Assembly (NCBI GenBank): GCA_963422645.2
Contig: CAXXVO010000002.1
Span: forward strand, 96,001-160,000
Source: Alphaproteobacteria bacterium
GTDB taxonomy: Bacteria > Pseudomonadota > Alphaproteobacteria > UBA828
Reading direction: 5' to 3'
DNA: 64,000 bases
This document shows positions 21,129 through 31,462 of this stretch, in pieces. How positions within the stretch are numbered: the stretch's first letter is position 1; every line of letters starts with the position of its first letter. The position numbers and the translations under genes are program-made. The notes beneath the pieces are model-generated. The model ran no database searches and was not told the origin of the DNA. It was given only the letters and a program-made list of their open reading frames with translations.

Positions 21129-21289
21129 CCTGAATCCTCCTGCCGTGGACAGGCGTCGAGTGTAGCCGGCGCGCCCACGGGTCGCCAGACGCGCTCACGG
21201 CAACTGTGGTGGAAGTTCCAGGTCGAAGACGGTTGACCCTGGCGGTACGCGGCGCCTAAATGAAGTGCGGACGCTGATGTGCGCCCTGG

Positions 21290-21363
21290 GGCCGGGTGGC
21301 AGAATGGCTATGCAGCGGACTGCAAATCCGTGTACGCCGGTTCGATTCCGGCCTCGGCCTCCA
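21290..21363 (+). tRNA. tRNA-Cys(GCA)
   Basis: Acceptor stem GGCCGGG/CTCGGCC, anticodon arm GCGGA-CTGCAAA-TCCGT, T-loop GGTTCGATTCC, encoded CCA. Confidence 0.97.
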
Positions 21364-21520
21364 GCTTCGCTGTGATCTGGCGCTCATACTCCTGCGCCGC
21401 TTCCGCGTGGCGCCATCTTGGGACCGGCAAACGAGGCGGCGACGCATTCGTCGTGGGCGCCCGGCGGGTCTATAGTGGTTGGCGATTGTGATGGTCCGCG
21501 AAAGGCCCCGACCCTCGACG

Positions 21521-22411
21521 ATGAGCATTCCTCTCTACGTCCCGCTCGACGACCGCGGCGTGGTCACCGTGGATGGTCCGGAGGCCGGCCCCTTCCTCCA
21601 GGGGTTGATCTCCAACGATATCGAGCGTGTGTCCGAAGCGCGCTGCATCTACGCCGCGCTGCTGACGCCCCAGGGCAAGTTTCTGCACGATTTCTTCGTG
21701 CTGCGGCAGGGGGATGGCTACCTGCTCGACTGCGAGGGGCCGCGCGTCGGCGACCTTGGGGGACGGCTGGTGGCCTACAGGCTGCGCGCCGATATCCAGC
21801 TCGCCGACGCGACCGAGGATTTTCAGGTCGTGGCGCTCTTCGGCGGCGAGGATCACGGCGGCAAGTTCGGCGTGCCGCCCGGCGAAGGCAGCGCGGCGCC
21901 CTGCGAAGGTGGCACCATCATGCGCGATCCCAGAGCCGCGGCGCTCGGGCTTCGCGCGGTCCTGCCGCGCGACGTGGACCTCGCGTTCCTGGAACAGGCG
22001 GGCTTCGCCCAGGGCCACATCGCCGACTACGAGCGCCACCGCATCGCCCAGGGCGCGCCCGACGGCAGCCGCGACATGGAGGTCGGCAGGGCGACGCTGA
22101 TGGAGTGCGGCTTCGAGACGCTGAACGGCGTCGATTTCGAGAAGGGCTGCTACGTCGGCCAGGAGCTGACGGCACGCACCAAGCATCGCGGCCTCGTGCG
22201 CCGGCGTCTCGCGCCGGTTGCGCTGGAAGGGCCGCTGCCGCCGGCCGGCACGCCGATCATGGCGGGCGAGCGGGAGGTGGGGGAGCTTCGCTCAGGCCTG
22301 GACGATGCCGCGCTGGCGGTCTTGCGCCCGGAGAGGATCGCAGCGGCTGCCGAGGCGGGAGAACCACTCACCGCAGGCGAGGCGCGGGTTATCCCTCCCG
22401 ATCTTCCTTGA
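21521..22411 (+). CDS. ygfZ: Folate-binding Fe-S cluster repair protein YgfZ
   Basis: FLQGLISND, LLTPQGK and the KGCYVGQE signature. Confidence 0.93.
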   Translation: MSIPLYVPLDDRGVVTVDGPEAGPFLQGLISNDIERVSEARCIYAALLTPQGKFLHDFFVLRQGDGYLLDCEGPRVGDLGGRLVAYRLRADIQLADATEDFQVVALFGGEDHGGKFGVPPGEGSAAPCEGGTIMRDPRAAALGLRAVLPRDVDLAFLEQAGFAQGHIADYERHRIAQGAPDGSRDMEVGRATLMECGFETLNGVDFEKGCYVGQELTARTKHRGLVRRRLAPVALEGPLPPAGTPIMAGEREVGELRSGLDDAALAVLRPERIAAAAEAGEPLTAGEARVIPPDLP

Positions 22412-25082
22412 GGGTATCGGCGTTTCCCCCCCGCGCGATGGCGGCCTGGGCTGCGGCGAGGCGCGCCACCGGCACGCGGTAGGGTGAGCACGAGACATAA
22501 TCGAGGCCGACGTCTTCGAAGAAGGCGATGGAATCCGGGTCGCCGCCATGCTCGCCGCAGATGCCGAGCTTGAGGTCGGCGCGGGTTGCCCGGCCTCGCT
22601 CTACGGCAATTCGGACAAGCTCGCCGACACCCTCCGCATCGATGGTGACGAAGGGGTCGCGCGGCAGGACGCCTGCCCGCTCGTAGTCACCGACGAAGCT
22701 CGCCGCGTCGTCGCGCGAGATGCCGAAGGTCGTCTGGGTCAGGTCGTTGGTGCCGAAGCTGAAGAAGGACGCACTCTCGGCGATCTCGCCAGCGCGCAGC
22801 GCCGCGCGCGGCAGCTCGATCATGGTACCGACCGCATAGGCGATCTCCGCGCCGCTTTCCTCCTCCACCGCCTCGTGCACGCGCTCGATGGCGGCCTCGA
22901 GGATGTCGAACTCGCGCCTGGTTGCCGCCAGCGGAATCATGATTTCGAGCTCGACCGGGCGTGTTCCGCCAGCCTCCGCCGCCGCCTCGAAGATGGCGCG
23001 CGCCTGCATCTCGTAGATCTCGGGGTACGAGATGCCGAGGCGGCAGCCGCGATGCCCCAGCATCGGGTTGGTCTCGTGAAGCTGCGCGATGCGCCCGCGC
23101 AGGGCCTCGAAGGTGACCCCGGCTGCCCGGGCGACGCCCGCGATCTCGGCATCGGTACGGGGCAGGAACTCGTGCAACGGGGGGTCGAGCAGGCGGATTG
23201 TCACCGGCAGCCCCGCCATGAGGCGGAAGAGCGCGACGAAATCGCTGCGCTGCGCCGGCAGCAGCTTGGCGAGCGCGGCGCGGCGGCCGTCCACATCCGT
23301 CGCCACGATCATCTCGCGCACCGCGACGATGCGCTCGTCGTCGAAGAACATGTGCTCGGTGCGGCAAAGGCCGATCCCCTCCGCGCCAAAGCGGAGCGCC
23401 GTCTCGGCATCCCCGGTCGTCTCCGCGTTGGCGCGGACGCGCAGGCGCCGCGTGCGGTCCGCCCAGCCCATGAGCGTGGCGAAGTCGTCGGAGAGCGCGG
23501 GCTCGATGGTCGGCACCGCGCCTTCCAGCAGCTCGCCGCTGGTACCGTCGATGGTGACGACATCGCCCGCCGCGATCACCGCGCTCCCGGCCCGGCACTC
23601 CCGCGCCGCCTCGTCGATGCGCAGCTCGCCGGCGCCGGTGATGCAGGGGCGCCCCATGCCGCGGGCGACCACGGCAGCGTGGCTGGTCATGCCGCCCCGG
23701 CTGGTGACGATGCCGCGTGCTGCGTGCATGCCGTGGATGTCCTCCGGGCTGGTCTCGGTGCGGAGCAGAATCACCGCTTCGCCCCGCGCGGCGCGGTCCT
23801 CGGCCTCGTCGGCGTCGAAGACGACCTTGCCGCAGGCGGCACCGGGCGACGCCGGCAGGCCGCGCGCCAGCACCTGGCGCGGCGCTTCGGGGTCGAGTGT
23901 GGGATGGAGAAGCTGCTCGAGCGCCAGCGGGTCCACCCGCGTCAGCGCCTCCGCCTCGCTCACCAGGCCCGCGCCTGCCATGTCGACGGCGATCTTCAGC
24001 GCCGCCTTGGCGGTGCGCTTGCCGGCGCGGGTCTGCAGGATCCAGAGGGTGCCCTGCTGCACCGTGAACTCGACGTCCTGCATGTCGCGGTAATGGCCTT
24101 CGAGCCGGCCGAGCGCCGCCTGGAGCGCGGCGAAGGCCTCGGGCATGGCCCGCTCCATGGAGGGGCCCTCGGTGCCGCTGGCTGTACGCGCGGCCTCGCT
24201 CACTGCGCGGGGCGTGCGGATTCCGGCCACCACGTCCTCGCCTTGGGCGTTGACCAGATACTCGCCGTAGAGTGCCGCATCGCCGGTGGAGGGGTTTCGG
24301 GTGAAGGCGACGCCGGTGGCGCAGTCCCCGCCCATGTTGCCGAAGACCATGGCTTGGACGGTGACCGCCGTGCCCCATTCGGCCGGGATGCCGTGCAGCC
24401 GGCGGTAGGTGACGGCCCGCGCATTCATCCATGAAGCCAGGACCGCGCCGATCGCGCCCTTTAGCTGCTCCCTGGGCGCTTGGGGGAAATCGCTGCCGGT
24501 CTCCTCGCGCACCAGCGCCTTGTAGTCCTCGATCAGGCGGGACCAGTCGCCGGCCTCCATGTCGGTGTCGAGGCGGTAGCCCCTGGCTTCCTTCTCCCGC
24601 TCCAGCAACTCCTCGAAGGCGCGGTGCCCGACGCCGAGGACGACATCGCCGTACATCTGGATCAGGCGGCGGTAGCTGTCGTAGGCGAAACGGGCATCGC
24701 CGCTCGCGCGTGCGAGGCCGTCCGCGGTCGCGTCGTTGAGGCCGAGGTTGAGGACGGTGTCCATCATGCCGGGCATGGACGCGCGGGCGCCGGAGCGGAC
24801 CGAGACCAGCAGCGTGCGGTCCGGGTCGCCGAAGCCTGCGCCTGCGATCCGCTCGATGTGGGCGAGGCCCGCCTCGATCTCGGCATCGAGGCCAGAAGGC
24901 AGCGCGCGGCCCTCGGCGTAGTAGGCGTTGCAGAGCGCGGTGGTGATGGTGAAGCCGGGCGGGACAGGCAGGCCGATGGCGGCCATCTCGGCGAGGTTGG
25001 CGCCCTTGCCGCCGAGCAGCGCGCGCATTCCGGCGTCGCCGTCCGCCTCCCCCCCGCCGAAGCGGTAGACCCACTCGGCCAC
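22389..25082 (-). CDS. ppdK: Pyruvate, phosphate dikinase
   Basis: LGGKGANLAEM, SVRSGA, GGMTSHAAVVARG, GTNDLTQ, ICGEHGG. Confidence 0.97.
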   Translation of the reverse strand: MAEWVYRFGGGEADGDAGMRALLGGKGANLAEMAAIGLPVPPGFTITTALCNAYYAEGRALPSGLDAEIEAGLAHIERIAGAGFGDPDRTLLVSVRSGARASMPGMMDTVLNLGLNDATADGLARASGDARFAYDSYRRLIQMYGDVVLGVGHRAFEELLEREKEARGYRLDTDMEAGDWSRLIEDYKALVREETGSDFPQAPREQLKGAIGAVLASWMNARAVTYRRLHGIPAEWGTAVTVQAMVFGNMGGDCATGVAFTRNPSTGDAALYGEYLVNAQGEDVVAGIRTPRAVSEAARTASGTEGPSMERAMPEAFAALQAALGRLEGHYRDMQDVEFTVQQGTLWILQTRAGKRTAKAALKIAVDMAGAGLVSEAEALTRVDPLALEQLLHPTLDPEAPRQVLARGLPASPGAACGKVVFDADEAEDRAARGEAVILLRTETSPEDIHGMHAARGIVTSRGGMTSHAAVVARGMGRPCITGAGELRIDEAARECRAGSAVIAAGDVVTIDGTSGELLEGAVPTIEPALSDDFATLMGWADRTRRLRVRANAETTGDAETALRFGAEGIGLCRTEHMFFDDERIVAVREMIVATDVDGRRAALAKLLPAQRSDFVALFRLMAGLPVTIRLLDPPLHEFLPRTDAEIAGVARAAGVTFEALRGRIAQLHETNPMLGHRGCRLGISYPEIYEMQARAIFEAAAEAGGTRPVELEIMIPLAATRREFDILEAAIERVHEAVEEESGAEIAYAVGTMIELPRAALRAGEIAESASFFSFGTNDLTQTTFGISRDDAASFVGDYERAGVLPRDPFVTIDAEGVGELVRIAVERGRATRADLKLGICGEHGGDPDSIAFFEDVGLDYVSCSPYRVPVARLAAAQAAIARGGNADTLKEDREG

Positions 25083-25132
25083 GGCCTAGTATCCCGCCTC
25101 GGACACGCACTTCGGGGACGCGATTCTTCTCT

Positions 25133-25223
25133 CGTCATACCGGGACTTGTTCAGGGCATCCACGTTCTTTGTATCGACCGCACAAACAAGCCGTGGATGG
25201 CCGGGACAAGCCCGGCCATGACG
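25133..25223. repeat. Alphaproteobacterial REP/RIME-like palindromic intergenic element
   Basis: CGTCAT...CATCCACG arm and CGTGGATGGCCGGGACAAGCCCGGCCATGACG arm form a long imperfect inverted repeat between glyS and ppdK. Confidence 0.75.
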
Positions 25224-25265
25224 AATAGGGAGGATGCCGGAAGCAGTCTGTTTCCGGGCCACGGC

Positions 25266-27344
25266 TCAGCCCTCGATCTTCGAGAAGTCGGCGACGCGAT
25301 CCAGCGTGCGGCGAATTTGTGAGAGCATCAGCAGCCGGTTGCGGCGCTTCGCGGGATCATCAACGCAGTTGACCGTTACGTTGTCGAAGAAGGCATCGAC
25401 TGGCTCGCGGAGCGTAGCCATGGCCGCCATCGCTTCCCCGAATTCTTCTTTCCCGAGCGCGTCTTCGGCGCGCTTGTTGGCCTCGTCGATACGTCTACGT
25501 AGGGAGCGCTCCTCGGGCTCGACGAAGAGCGATTCGTTCGCATACCCACCATAGCGCTGGCCGTCCTTCTTCCCCTCGATGCGGACGATATTCGCGGCGC
25601 GACGATAGGCGATCAGCAGATTGGCGCCGTCATCCCTTTCGAGGAAGTGCTCGAGCGCATCGATGCGCGCTAGCAGGCGCACCAGATCGTCCTCAATCCG
25701 GTCCTCAAAGACGGCACTCACGAGGTCGTGCCGCATGCCCTTGTCACGCAGGTGTACCCTGAGCCGGTCGGCGAAGAAGGTAAGCAGCGAATAGCACGTG
25801 GCATTAATCCCAGGCTCGGGCGGCAGCAACTTACCGTAGCCAGCGAGCGCCTCCCTGAACGCTTCGTCGAGCGGTAGACGCAGTTTGTTCTCGATGACAA
25901 TGCGGATTACGCCGAGTGCGGCACGGCGCAGCGCGAAGGGATCCTTCGAACCGGTCGGCCGCTCGTCGATGGCGAAGAAACCGGCGAGCGTATCGAGTTT
26001 GTCCGCGAGCGCCACGGCGACGCTCACCGGCGCAGTCGGACACGGTTCGTCCGGGCCTCGCGGCGCGTAGTGCTCGCGGATGGCCTTGTACACAGCCTCT
26101 TCCTCACCATCGTCGCGCGCGTAGTAGCACCCCATAATTCCCTGCAAGTCGGGGAACTCGCCCACCATTTCGGTCACGAGGTCGGCCTTACAGAGGGTGC
26201 CCGCCAGCGCCGCGTCGTCCGGGTTGGCGCCTGGAATCGCCGGACATAGTACGCGGGCCAGCCCTTCGATGCGTCGGGACTTGTCGGCCATCGTGCCGAG
26301 GCGCGCATGGAAAATGACACCTCTCAGGCCCGTCAAGTTTTCTTCCAGCAGTCGGCGCCTGTCTTGGCCCCAGAAGAAGCGGGCATCGGCGAGGCGGGCG
26401 CGCAGCACTCGTTCGTTGCCGGCAACGACGACGGCGCAATCGTCTTCGGTTTCGACATCGGCGACCATGACGAAGCGGGGCGCCGGCCGGTCGGCATTGT
26501 CGACTAAACCGAAATAACGTTGGTGCTTGCGCATGGCCGAGCGCAGTACTTCGGGAGGCAAATCCATGAAGCGCTCGTCGATGGAGCCCATCCGCACTAC
26601 CGGCCATTCAACGAGACCTGCGTTCTCTCTTAGCAGCCAGTGATCCGAAGAGAAGTTGAGAGCTGCCCTTTTCGCCAACTGACCGGCCTCGTCCGCGATC
26701 TTTTTCGCCCGGACCGGCCAATCCAATACGACCTTGGCCTGCTCAAGCATCTCTACATAGTCACCCGCGTCAGCGACAGTAAGACTGCCGGATGAGAGGA
26801 ATCGATGGCCTAGCGTCGTCCGCCCGCTCTCGACCGTCCCGAAGCGGAAGGGCACGACCGCATCATCCAGCAGGCAGAGGATGGAGCGGATGGGGCGCAC
26901 CCAGCGCACGCCGCTCTCGTCCCACCGCATGGACTTGGGCCAGGAGACGGCGGCCAGTGCCTCGGGCAACAGGTCGGTGAGGAGGTCGGCGGTGGGGCGC
27001 CCCGGCTCCTGTTTGACCGCGAACCACACCGGGCCCTTGGGCGTTTCCCGCTGCTCGCAGTCTTCCAGCGTGAGGCCCGTGGACTTGAGGAAACCCTGGA
27101 TCGCCCTCTCAGGTGCATCGACCCGCGGCCCCTTGCGCTCCACTCTCATGTCGGGCTGCATGTCCGGCAGACCGCGCACCAGCACTGCTAAGCGCCGGGG
27201 CGTCGCGAAATACTCCTCTCCCTTGAAGTCGAGACGTGCCTCTTCCAGCCGGGACAAGACGTGCCGCCTAAGCTCCTTCGCCCCGCCCGCTTGCATGCGC
27301 GCCGGGATTTCCTCGGAGAGCACCTCCAGCAGCAGATCGGGCAT
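25266..27344 (-). CDS. glyS: Glycine--tRNA ligase beta subunit
   Basis: LLLEVLSEEIPARMQ, TPRRL, WPKSMRW, KADL..MVGEFPDLQG, PTGSKDPFALRR. Confidence 0.96.
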   Translation of the reverse strand: MPDLLLEVLSEEIPARMQAGGAKELRRHVLSRLEEARLDFKGEEYFATPRRLAVLVRGLPDMQPDMRVERKGPRVDAPERAIQGFLKSTGLTLEDCEQRETPKGPVWFAVKQEPGRPTADLLTDLLPEALAAVSWPKSMRWDESGVRWVRPIRSILCLLDDAVVPFRFGTVESGRTTLGHRFLSSGSLTVADAGDYVEMLEQAKVVLDWPVRAKKIADEAGQLAKRAALNFSSDHWLLRENAGLVEWPVVRMGSIDERFMDLPPEVLRSAMRKHQRYFGLVDNADRPAPRFVMVADVETEDDCAVVVAGNERVLRARLADARFFWGQDRRRLLEENLTGLRGVIFHARLGTMADKSRRIEGLARVLCPAIPGANPDDAALAGTLCKADLVTEMVGEFPDLQGIMGCYYARDDGEEEAVYKAIREHYAPRGPDEPCPTAPVSVAVALADKLDTLAGFFAIDERPTGSKDPFALRRAALGVIRIVIENKLRLPLDEAFREALAGYGKLLPPEPGINATCYSLLTFFADRLRVHLRDKGMRHDLVSAVFEDRIEDDLVRLLARIDALEHFLERDDGANLLIAYRRAANIVRIEGKKDGQRYGGYANESLFVEPEERSLRRRIDEANKRAEDALGKEEFGEAMAAMATLREPVDAFFDNVTVNCVDDPAKRRNRLLMLSQIRRTLDRVADFSKIEG

Positions 27345-27347
27345 GTC

Positions 27348-28220
27348 CTAGGCCGCTCCCGCCAGCCAGGCCTCGCAGCAGGCCTTGGCCAGCGCGCGGA
27401 CGCGGCCGATGTAGGCGGCGCGTTCCACCACGCTGATTGCACCCCGCGCGTCCAGCAGGTTGAAGAGGTGGCTCGCCTTCATGCACTGGTCGTAGGCCGG
27501 CAGCGCCAGCGGCTTCTCACCTCCGAGCAGGGCCCTGCACTCGGCCTCCGCGTCCTCGAAGTGGCGGCGCAGGCGGTCGACATCGGCGTGCTCGAAGTTG
27601 AAGGCTGAGAACTCGCGCTCGGCGCGCAGGAACACGTCGCCGTATCGGGTGCCGTGGCCGTCCCAATCGAGGTCGTAGACGTTGTCGACCCCCTGCACGT
27701 ACATGGCCAAGCGCTCCATGCCGTAGGTGAGCTCGACCGGGACCGGGTCGCAGTCGATCCCCCCCACCTGCTGGAAGTAAGTGAACTGGGTCACCTCCAT
27801 CCCGTCGCACCAGACCTCCCAGCCGAGGCCCCAGGCGCCTAGCGTCGGGCTCTCCCAATCGTCCTCGACGAAACGGATGTCGTGGGCGTGGACGTCGATG
27901 CCGAGCACCCCCAGGCTGCCGAGATACTGGTCCTGCACGTCCTCGGGCGCGGGCTTCATGATCACTTGGAACTGGTAGTAGTGCTGGAGCCGGTTGGGGT
28001 TCTCGCCGTAGCGCCCGTCGCCGGGCCGGCGCGAGGGCTGGACGTAGGCCGCGCGCCAGGGCTCAGGCCCGAGGCTGCGCAGCGTGGTCGCGGGATGGAA
28101 GGTGCCGGCGCCCACCTCCATGTCGTAGGGCTGCAGGATGACGCAGCCCCGCTCGGCCCAATAGGCCTGCAGGCCAAGGATGAGCGACTGGAACGACCGG
28201 TCGCGACTGTTGGCGTCCAT
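27348..28220 (-). CDS. glyQ: Glycine--tRNA ligase alpha subunit
   Basis: [46 protein letters not shown]. Confidence 0.97.
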   Translation of the reverse strand: MDANSRDRSFQSLILGLQAYWAERGCVILQPYDMEVGAGTFHPATTLRSLGPEPWRAAYVQPSRRPGDGRYGENPNRLQHYYQFQVIMKPAPEDVQDQYLGSLGVLGIDVHAHDIRFVEDDWESPTLGAWGLGWEVWCDGMEVTQFTYFQQVGGIDCDPVPVELTYGMERLAMYVQGVDNVYDLDWDGHGTRYGDVFLRAEREFSAFNFEHADVDRLRRHFEDAEAECRALLGGEKPLALPAYDQCMKASHLFNLLDARGAISVVERAAYIGRVRALAKACCEAWLAGAA

Positions 28221-28319
28221 CGAAGGGCGATTCGGGTGAATGGGCGGGCGGATAATGCCCCCCGCTGGGGCGGCGGTCAACCGCGCGGATGCCCCGCGGC
28301 CGCCGCGGAAGCGCGTGCG

Positions 28320-28469
28320 TTAGCGGTTGTCGTCGATGTTCTGGTGCTCCTCGTGCTCGAGCGGCTCCGCGGCCCTGGCCTTGGCGCGCACTCGGCCGAT
28401 TGCCTTGAAGCCGAACCAGACGGCCGCAAGCAGCACCGCGAGGACAAGCAGTTTCATCGGGCTGAACAT
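28320..28469 (-). CDS. 49-aa small single-pass membrane protein (not in the ORF track)
   Basis: GGGAG RBS, then MFSPMKLLVLAVLLAAVWFGFKAIGRVRAKARAAEPLEHEEHQNIDDNR*; hydrophobic helix followed by a charged tail. Confidence 0.65.
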   Translation of the reverse strand: MFSPMKLLVLAVLLAAVWFGFKAIGRVRAKARAAEPLEHEEHQNIDDNR

Positions 28470-28587
28470 GTTTTACGCTCCCATCACCGAACGCGGCGCG
28501 CGTCACCCGCAGCAGCAGATCTGCCGCCCCGTTCAGCCGCCACTCTGATGCGCCCGTGCGGGCAGGTCAAGTGTTGTCTAAGGAGGG

Positions 28588-29331
28588 GTGGGATTGACGG
28601 TGGGGCGGCGGACGGCCATCGTCCGCCCCGTGCCGCGAGACATCAGTATCGTGATTCCGACCCTCGACGCCGCCCAAGTGCTCGGCGCAACCCTCGTCGG
28701 CATGGCGCCCGGCATCGCCCGGCTCGAAGAGCGTGGGATTGCGGCCGAGGTCGTGGTCGCCGACGGCGGCTCGCGGGACGGCACCGCCGACAACGCCCGC
28801 CGCCACGGCGCGCGGATGGTCGAAGCCGAGGCCGGCCGCGGTCGCCAGCTCTCGGCGGGCGCGGAAGCGGCCGAGGGTGCGTGGCTGCTCTTCCTCCACG
28901 CCGATACGCGCCCGGCGTCGGGCTGGGACGAGGAGGTGAGCGCCTTCATCGCCCAGCCGGCCAATCAGGGCCGCGCGGCCTGCTTCCGCTTCGCCCTCGA
29001 CGACCGGGCCGCTGCCGCGCGGATGCTGGAGCGGCTGGTGGCGCTCAGGTGCTGCCTCTTCGCGCTCCCCTACGGCGACCAGGGACTCTTGATCCACCGC
29101 GGCCTCTATGAGGCGCTGGGCGGCTTCCGCCCCCTGCCCATGATGGAGGATGTCGATTTGGTGCGCCGGATCGGCCGGCGGCGGCTCGTCTACCTGGCGA
29201 CGCCGGCGGTCACCTCGGCCGTGCGCTTTCGGCGCGGGGGCTACCTGCCCCGCATGCTGCGCAACTTCTGCTGCCTGCTGCTCTTCATCTTTGGCGTGCG
29301 GGCCGAGACGGTGGCCAGGCTCTACGGATGA
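28588..29331 (+). CDS. Family 2 glycosyltransferase, TIGR04283-like
   Basis: ISIVIPTL, DGGSRDGT, LLFLHAD, PYGDQGL, MEDVDL, TSAVR. Confidence 0.88.
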   Translation: MGLTVGRRTAIVRPVPRDISIVIPTLDAAQVLGATLVGMAPGIARLEERGIAAEVVVADGGSRDGTADNARRHGARMVEAEAGRGRQLSAGAEAAEGAWLLFLHADTRPASGWDEEVSAFIAQPANQGRAACFRFALDDRAAAARMLERLVALRCCLFALPYGDQGLLIHRGLYEALGGFRPLPMMEDVDLVRRIGRRRLVYLATPAVTSAVRFRRGGYLPRMLRNFCCLLLFIFGVRAETVARLYG

Positions 29332-30119
29332 GGCCTAACCTCGCGATCTTCCTCAAGGAGCCGAGGCTCGGCCGGGTGAAGGGGCGACTCGCCCGCGATG
29401 TCGGGCAGGCCGAGGCCTGGCTCTTCTATCGGCGGCTGGTGCGCCGGGTGCTGCCGCCGCTCGCCCGCGATGGGCGCTGGAGCGCATGCCTCGCCACCGC
29501 GCCGGACAACTGGCGCGGGCGGGAGCCCTTCTGGCCCTTTGCGCTCCCGTGCCTGCCGCAGGGGCCGGGCGACATCGGCCAGCGCATGCTGCGGGTCTTC
29601 CGCAGTCTGCCGCCGGGGCCGGCGATCATCGTCGGCAGCGATATACCTGACCTCGCGCCGGAGCATGTGGCGCGCGGCTTCACGGCCTTGGGAAGCGCCG
29701 ACATGGTGCTGGGGCCTGCCGAGGACGGCGGCTACTGGCTGATCGGACTCGGGCCGCGCGCACGGACGATCGACCCCTTCAAGGGCGTGCGCTGGTCAAG
29801 CCCGTGGGCGCTCGCCGATACCGAGCGGGGGCTGCCGGCGGGGTTTCGGCTCGCGCTGGTGGACCGCCTCGCCGATGTCGACGACGGCCCTGCGTACCGG
29901 GACTGGCGCGCGCGGGCGAGCGAGGCCTTGCGTCCGTGCACTCAGGCGAGTGCGACGTCCGATTCGCGCGCTCAAGCGAGCGCGACGTCCGATCCGCGCG
30001 CTCAGGAGAGCGCGACGTCCGATCCGCGCGCTCAGGAGAGCGCGACGCACTCGATCTCGATATCGAACTCCATGGGCCAGGACGCCATGGCGACGAAGGT
30101 TCGGGCCGGCGGGTCCTGA
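29328..30119 (+). CDS. TIGR04282/DUF2064 family transferase with repeat-derived C-terminal extension
   Basis: KEPRLGRVKGRL, QGPGDIGQRM, GSDIP, LGPAEDGGYWLIG, DVD; ATGA overlap with the upstream glycosyltransferase. Confidence 0.85.
   Translation: MRPNLAIFLKEPRLGRVKGRLARDVGQAEAWLFYRRLVRRVLPPLARDGRWSACLATAPDNWRGREPFWPFALPCLPQGPGDIGQRMLRVFRSLPPGPAIIVGSDIPDLAPEHVARGFTALGSADMVLGPAEDGGYWLIGLGPRARTIDPFKGVRWSSPWALADTERGLPAGFRLALVDRLADVDDGPAYRDWRARASEALRPCTQASATSDSRAQASATSDPRAQESATSDPRAQESATHSISISNSMGQDAMATKVRAGGS
29941..30047. repeat. 30-bp tandem repeat, about 3.6 copies (CTCAGGAGAGCGCGACGTCCGATCCGCGCG)
   Basis: Units start at 29941, 29971, 30001 and 30031; the last partial unit is the 3' end of the Rid gene. 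Confidence 0.9.
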
Positions 30120-30411
30120 GGGAAGTAGCGGCCGTAGATCTCGTTCACGATCCGGTAGTAGGCCGCGTTGGTGACGAAGACCTGGGTCTTCACCACACGG
30201 TCGAGGGACGACCCTGCGCTCTCCAGCGTGTGCTTCAGCACCTCCATCACCTGCTCGGTCTGCACGTCGATACCGCCCTTCACCATGGTCCCTGAGTCGA
30301 GGTCCAACGGTGGCAGGCCCGAGATGTAGAGGAAGCCGCCTGCGCGCACGCAGGGCGAGAGCGGCACGCCGATTTTGCGCAGCGCGTCGGACAGCTTGGG
30401 GATCTCGACGA

Positions 30412-31462
30412 ACCGCTTATGCACATGGCTCCGGTCGCGAGAGTTTGCCACCAGATGTTGAGGTTGAGGTTAGGGCGGGAGAACGGGTAGAATGTTGCCT
30501 ATACGTTCCTGCCGACGGAGCCACCACATGAAACAGGTCGCCGACAGCCTCCTCGCCTTCCAGCACATGTTCCCGGACGATGACGCCTGCGCCGCCTGGC
30601 TGATCGAAATGCGCTGGCCGGACGGCTTCGTCTGTCCCGCGTGCGGCCATGAAAAGGGATGGGCGCTGCGCAGAAAAGCACACACCTTCGAGTGCGCCGG
30701 CTGCCGCCGGCAGACCTCGGTGACGGCCGGGACGATCCTGCACGCCAGCAAGCTGCCGCTCACCGTCTGGTTCTGGGCCGCCTACCTGATGGCGACCCAC
30801 TCCAACGGCATCTCTGCCCTGCAGCTCCAGAAACAGCTCGGTATCGGCTCTTACCGCAGCGCTTGGCTGCTCGCCCACAAGCTGCGCGCCAGCATGGTCG
30901 ACCCCGAGCGCAACCCGTTGTCGGGCCTGGTGGAAATCGACGAGGCCAGCCTTCCATTCCGGACCAAAGACGATCCTCCCACCGGAGGGCAAGGACGCAG
31001 CCACGACGGCAAGATGCTCATCGTCGGCGCCATCGAACTGGGGGATGGAACCATCCCGGGCCGCCTGCGGCTGGCCGAAATCTCCTCCTACGGCGCCGCC
31101 GACCTCGGACACTTCGTCGAAACCGCCGCCGATCCCGACGCCATCGCGAAAACCGACGGCTGGTCCGGCTACGCTGCGGTCCCCGCCGATCGCCACAATG
31201 TCCATGTCGTCGGGAAGACCGCCGCTCACCTCGTCCTGCCGTGGATCCACCAAGTCTTCTCCAACCTCAAAGGATGGGCGCGAGGCGTCTACCACGGGCT
31301 GCGCCGCAAGCATCTGCAGGCCTATCTCGATGAGTTCGCCTTTCGCTTCAACCGCCGCAAAACCCGCCACGCTGCTTTCCGCTCGCTCTTCCGCATCGCC
31401 ACCAATGCAAAACCCCTTACCTACAGCATGTTGATCGAACCGGAGCCATGTGCATAAGCGGT
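30412..31462 (+). mobile_element. IS1595-family element, 1051 bp, copy 1
   Basis: 24-bp perfect terminal IR ACCGCTTATGCACATGGCTCCGGT; 8-bp TSD CTCGACGA at 30404-30411 and 31463-31470. Confidence 0.95.
30528..31457 (+). CDS. IS1595-family transposase
   Basis: Zn ribbon CPACG..CAGC, VEIDEA, TDGWSGY, YLDEFAFRFNRR. Confidence 0.93.
   Translation: MKQVADSLLAFQHMFPDDDACAAWLIEMRWPDGFVCPACGHEKGWALRRKAHTFECAGCRRQTSVTAGTILHASKLPLTVWFWAAYLMATHSNGISALQLQKQLGIGSYRSAWLLAHKLRASMVDPERNPLSGLVEIDEASLPFRTKDDPPTGGQGRSHDGKMLIVGAIELGDGTIPGRLRLAEISSYGAADLGHFVETAADPDAIAKTDGWSGYAAVPADRHNVHVVGKTAAHLVLPWIHQVFSNLKGWARGVYHGLRRKHLQAYLDEFAFRFNRRKTRHAAFRSLFRIATNAKPLTYSMLIEPEPCA

Noticed and set aside
21290-21363. tRNA-Cys as an integration site for an island or prophage
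   Set aside because: No integrase nearby and no duplicated tRNA 3' end was noticed in the window
22548-25110. Long alternative-frame and antisense ORFs (e.g. 628 aa and 807 aa over ppdK; similar ones over fabF, edd and the OYE gene)
   Set aside because: Arg/Pro/Gly-rich shadow ORFs expected in high-GC coding DNA; the real genes carry the family motifs
25300-26810. Apparently lower-GC patch in glyS suggesting a recombined segment
   Set aside because: Visual impression only, not quantified; the protein is intact and typical
29941-30047. 30-bp repeats as a CRISPR array
   Set aside because: Units are contiguous with no spacers, derive from a gene end, and no cas genes are present
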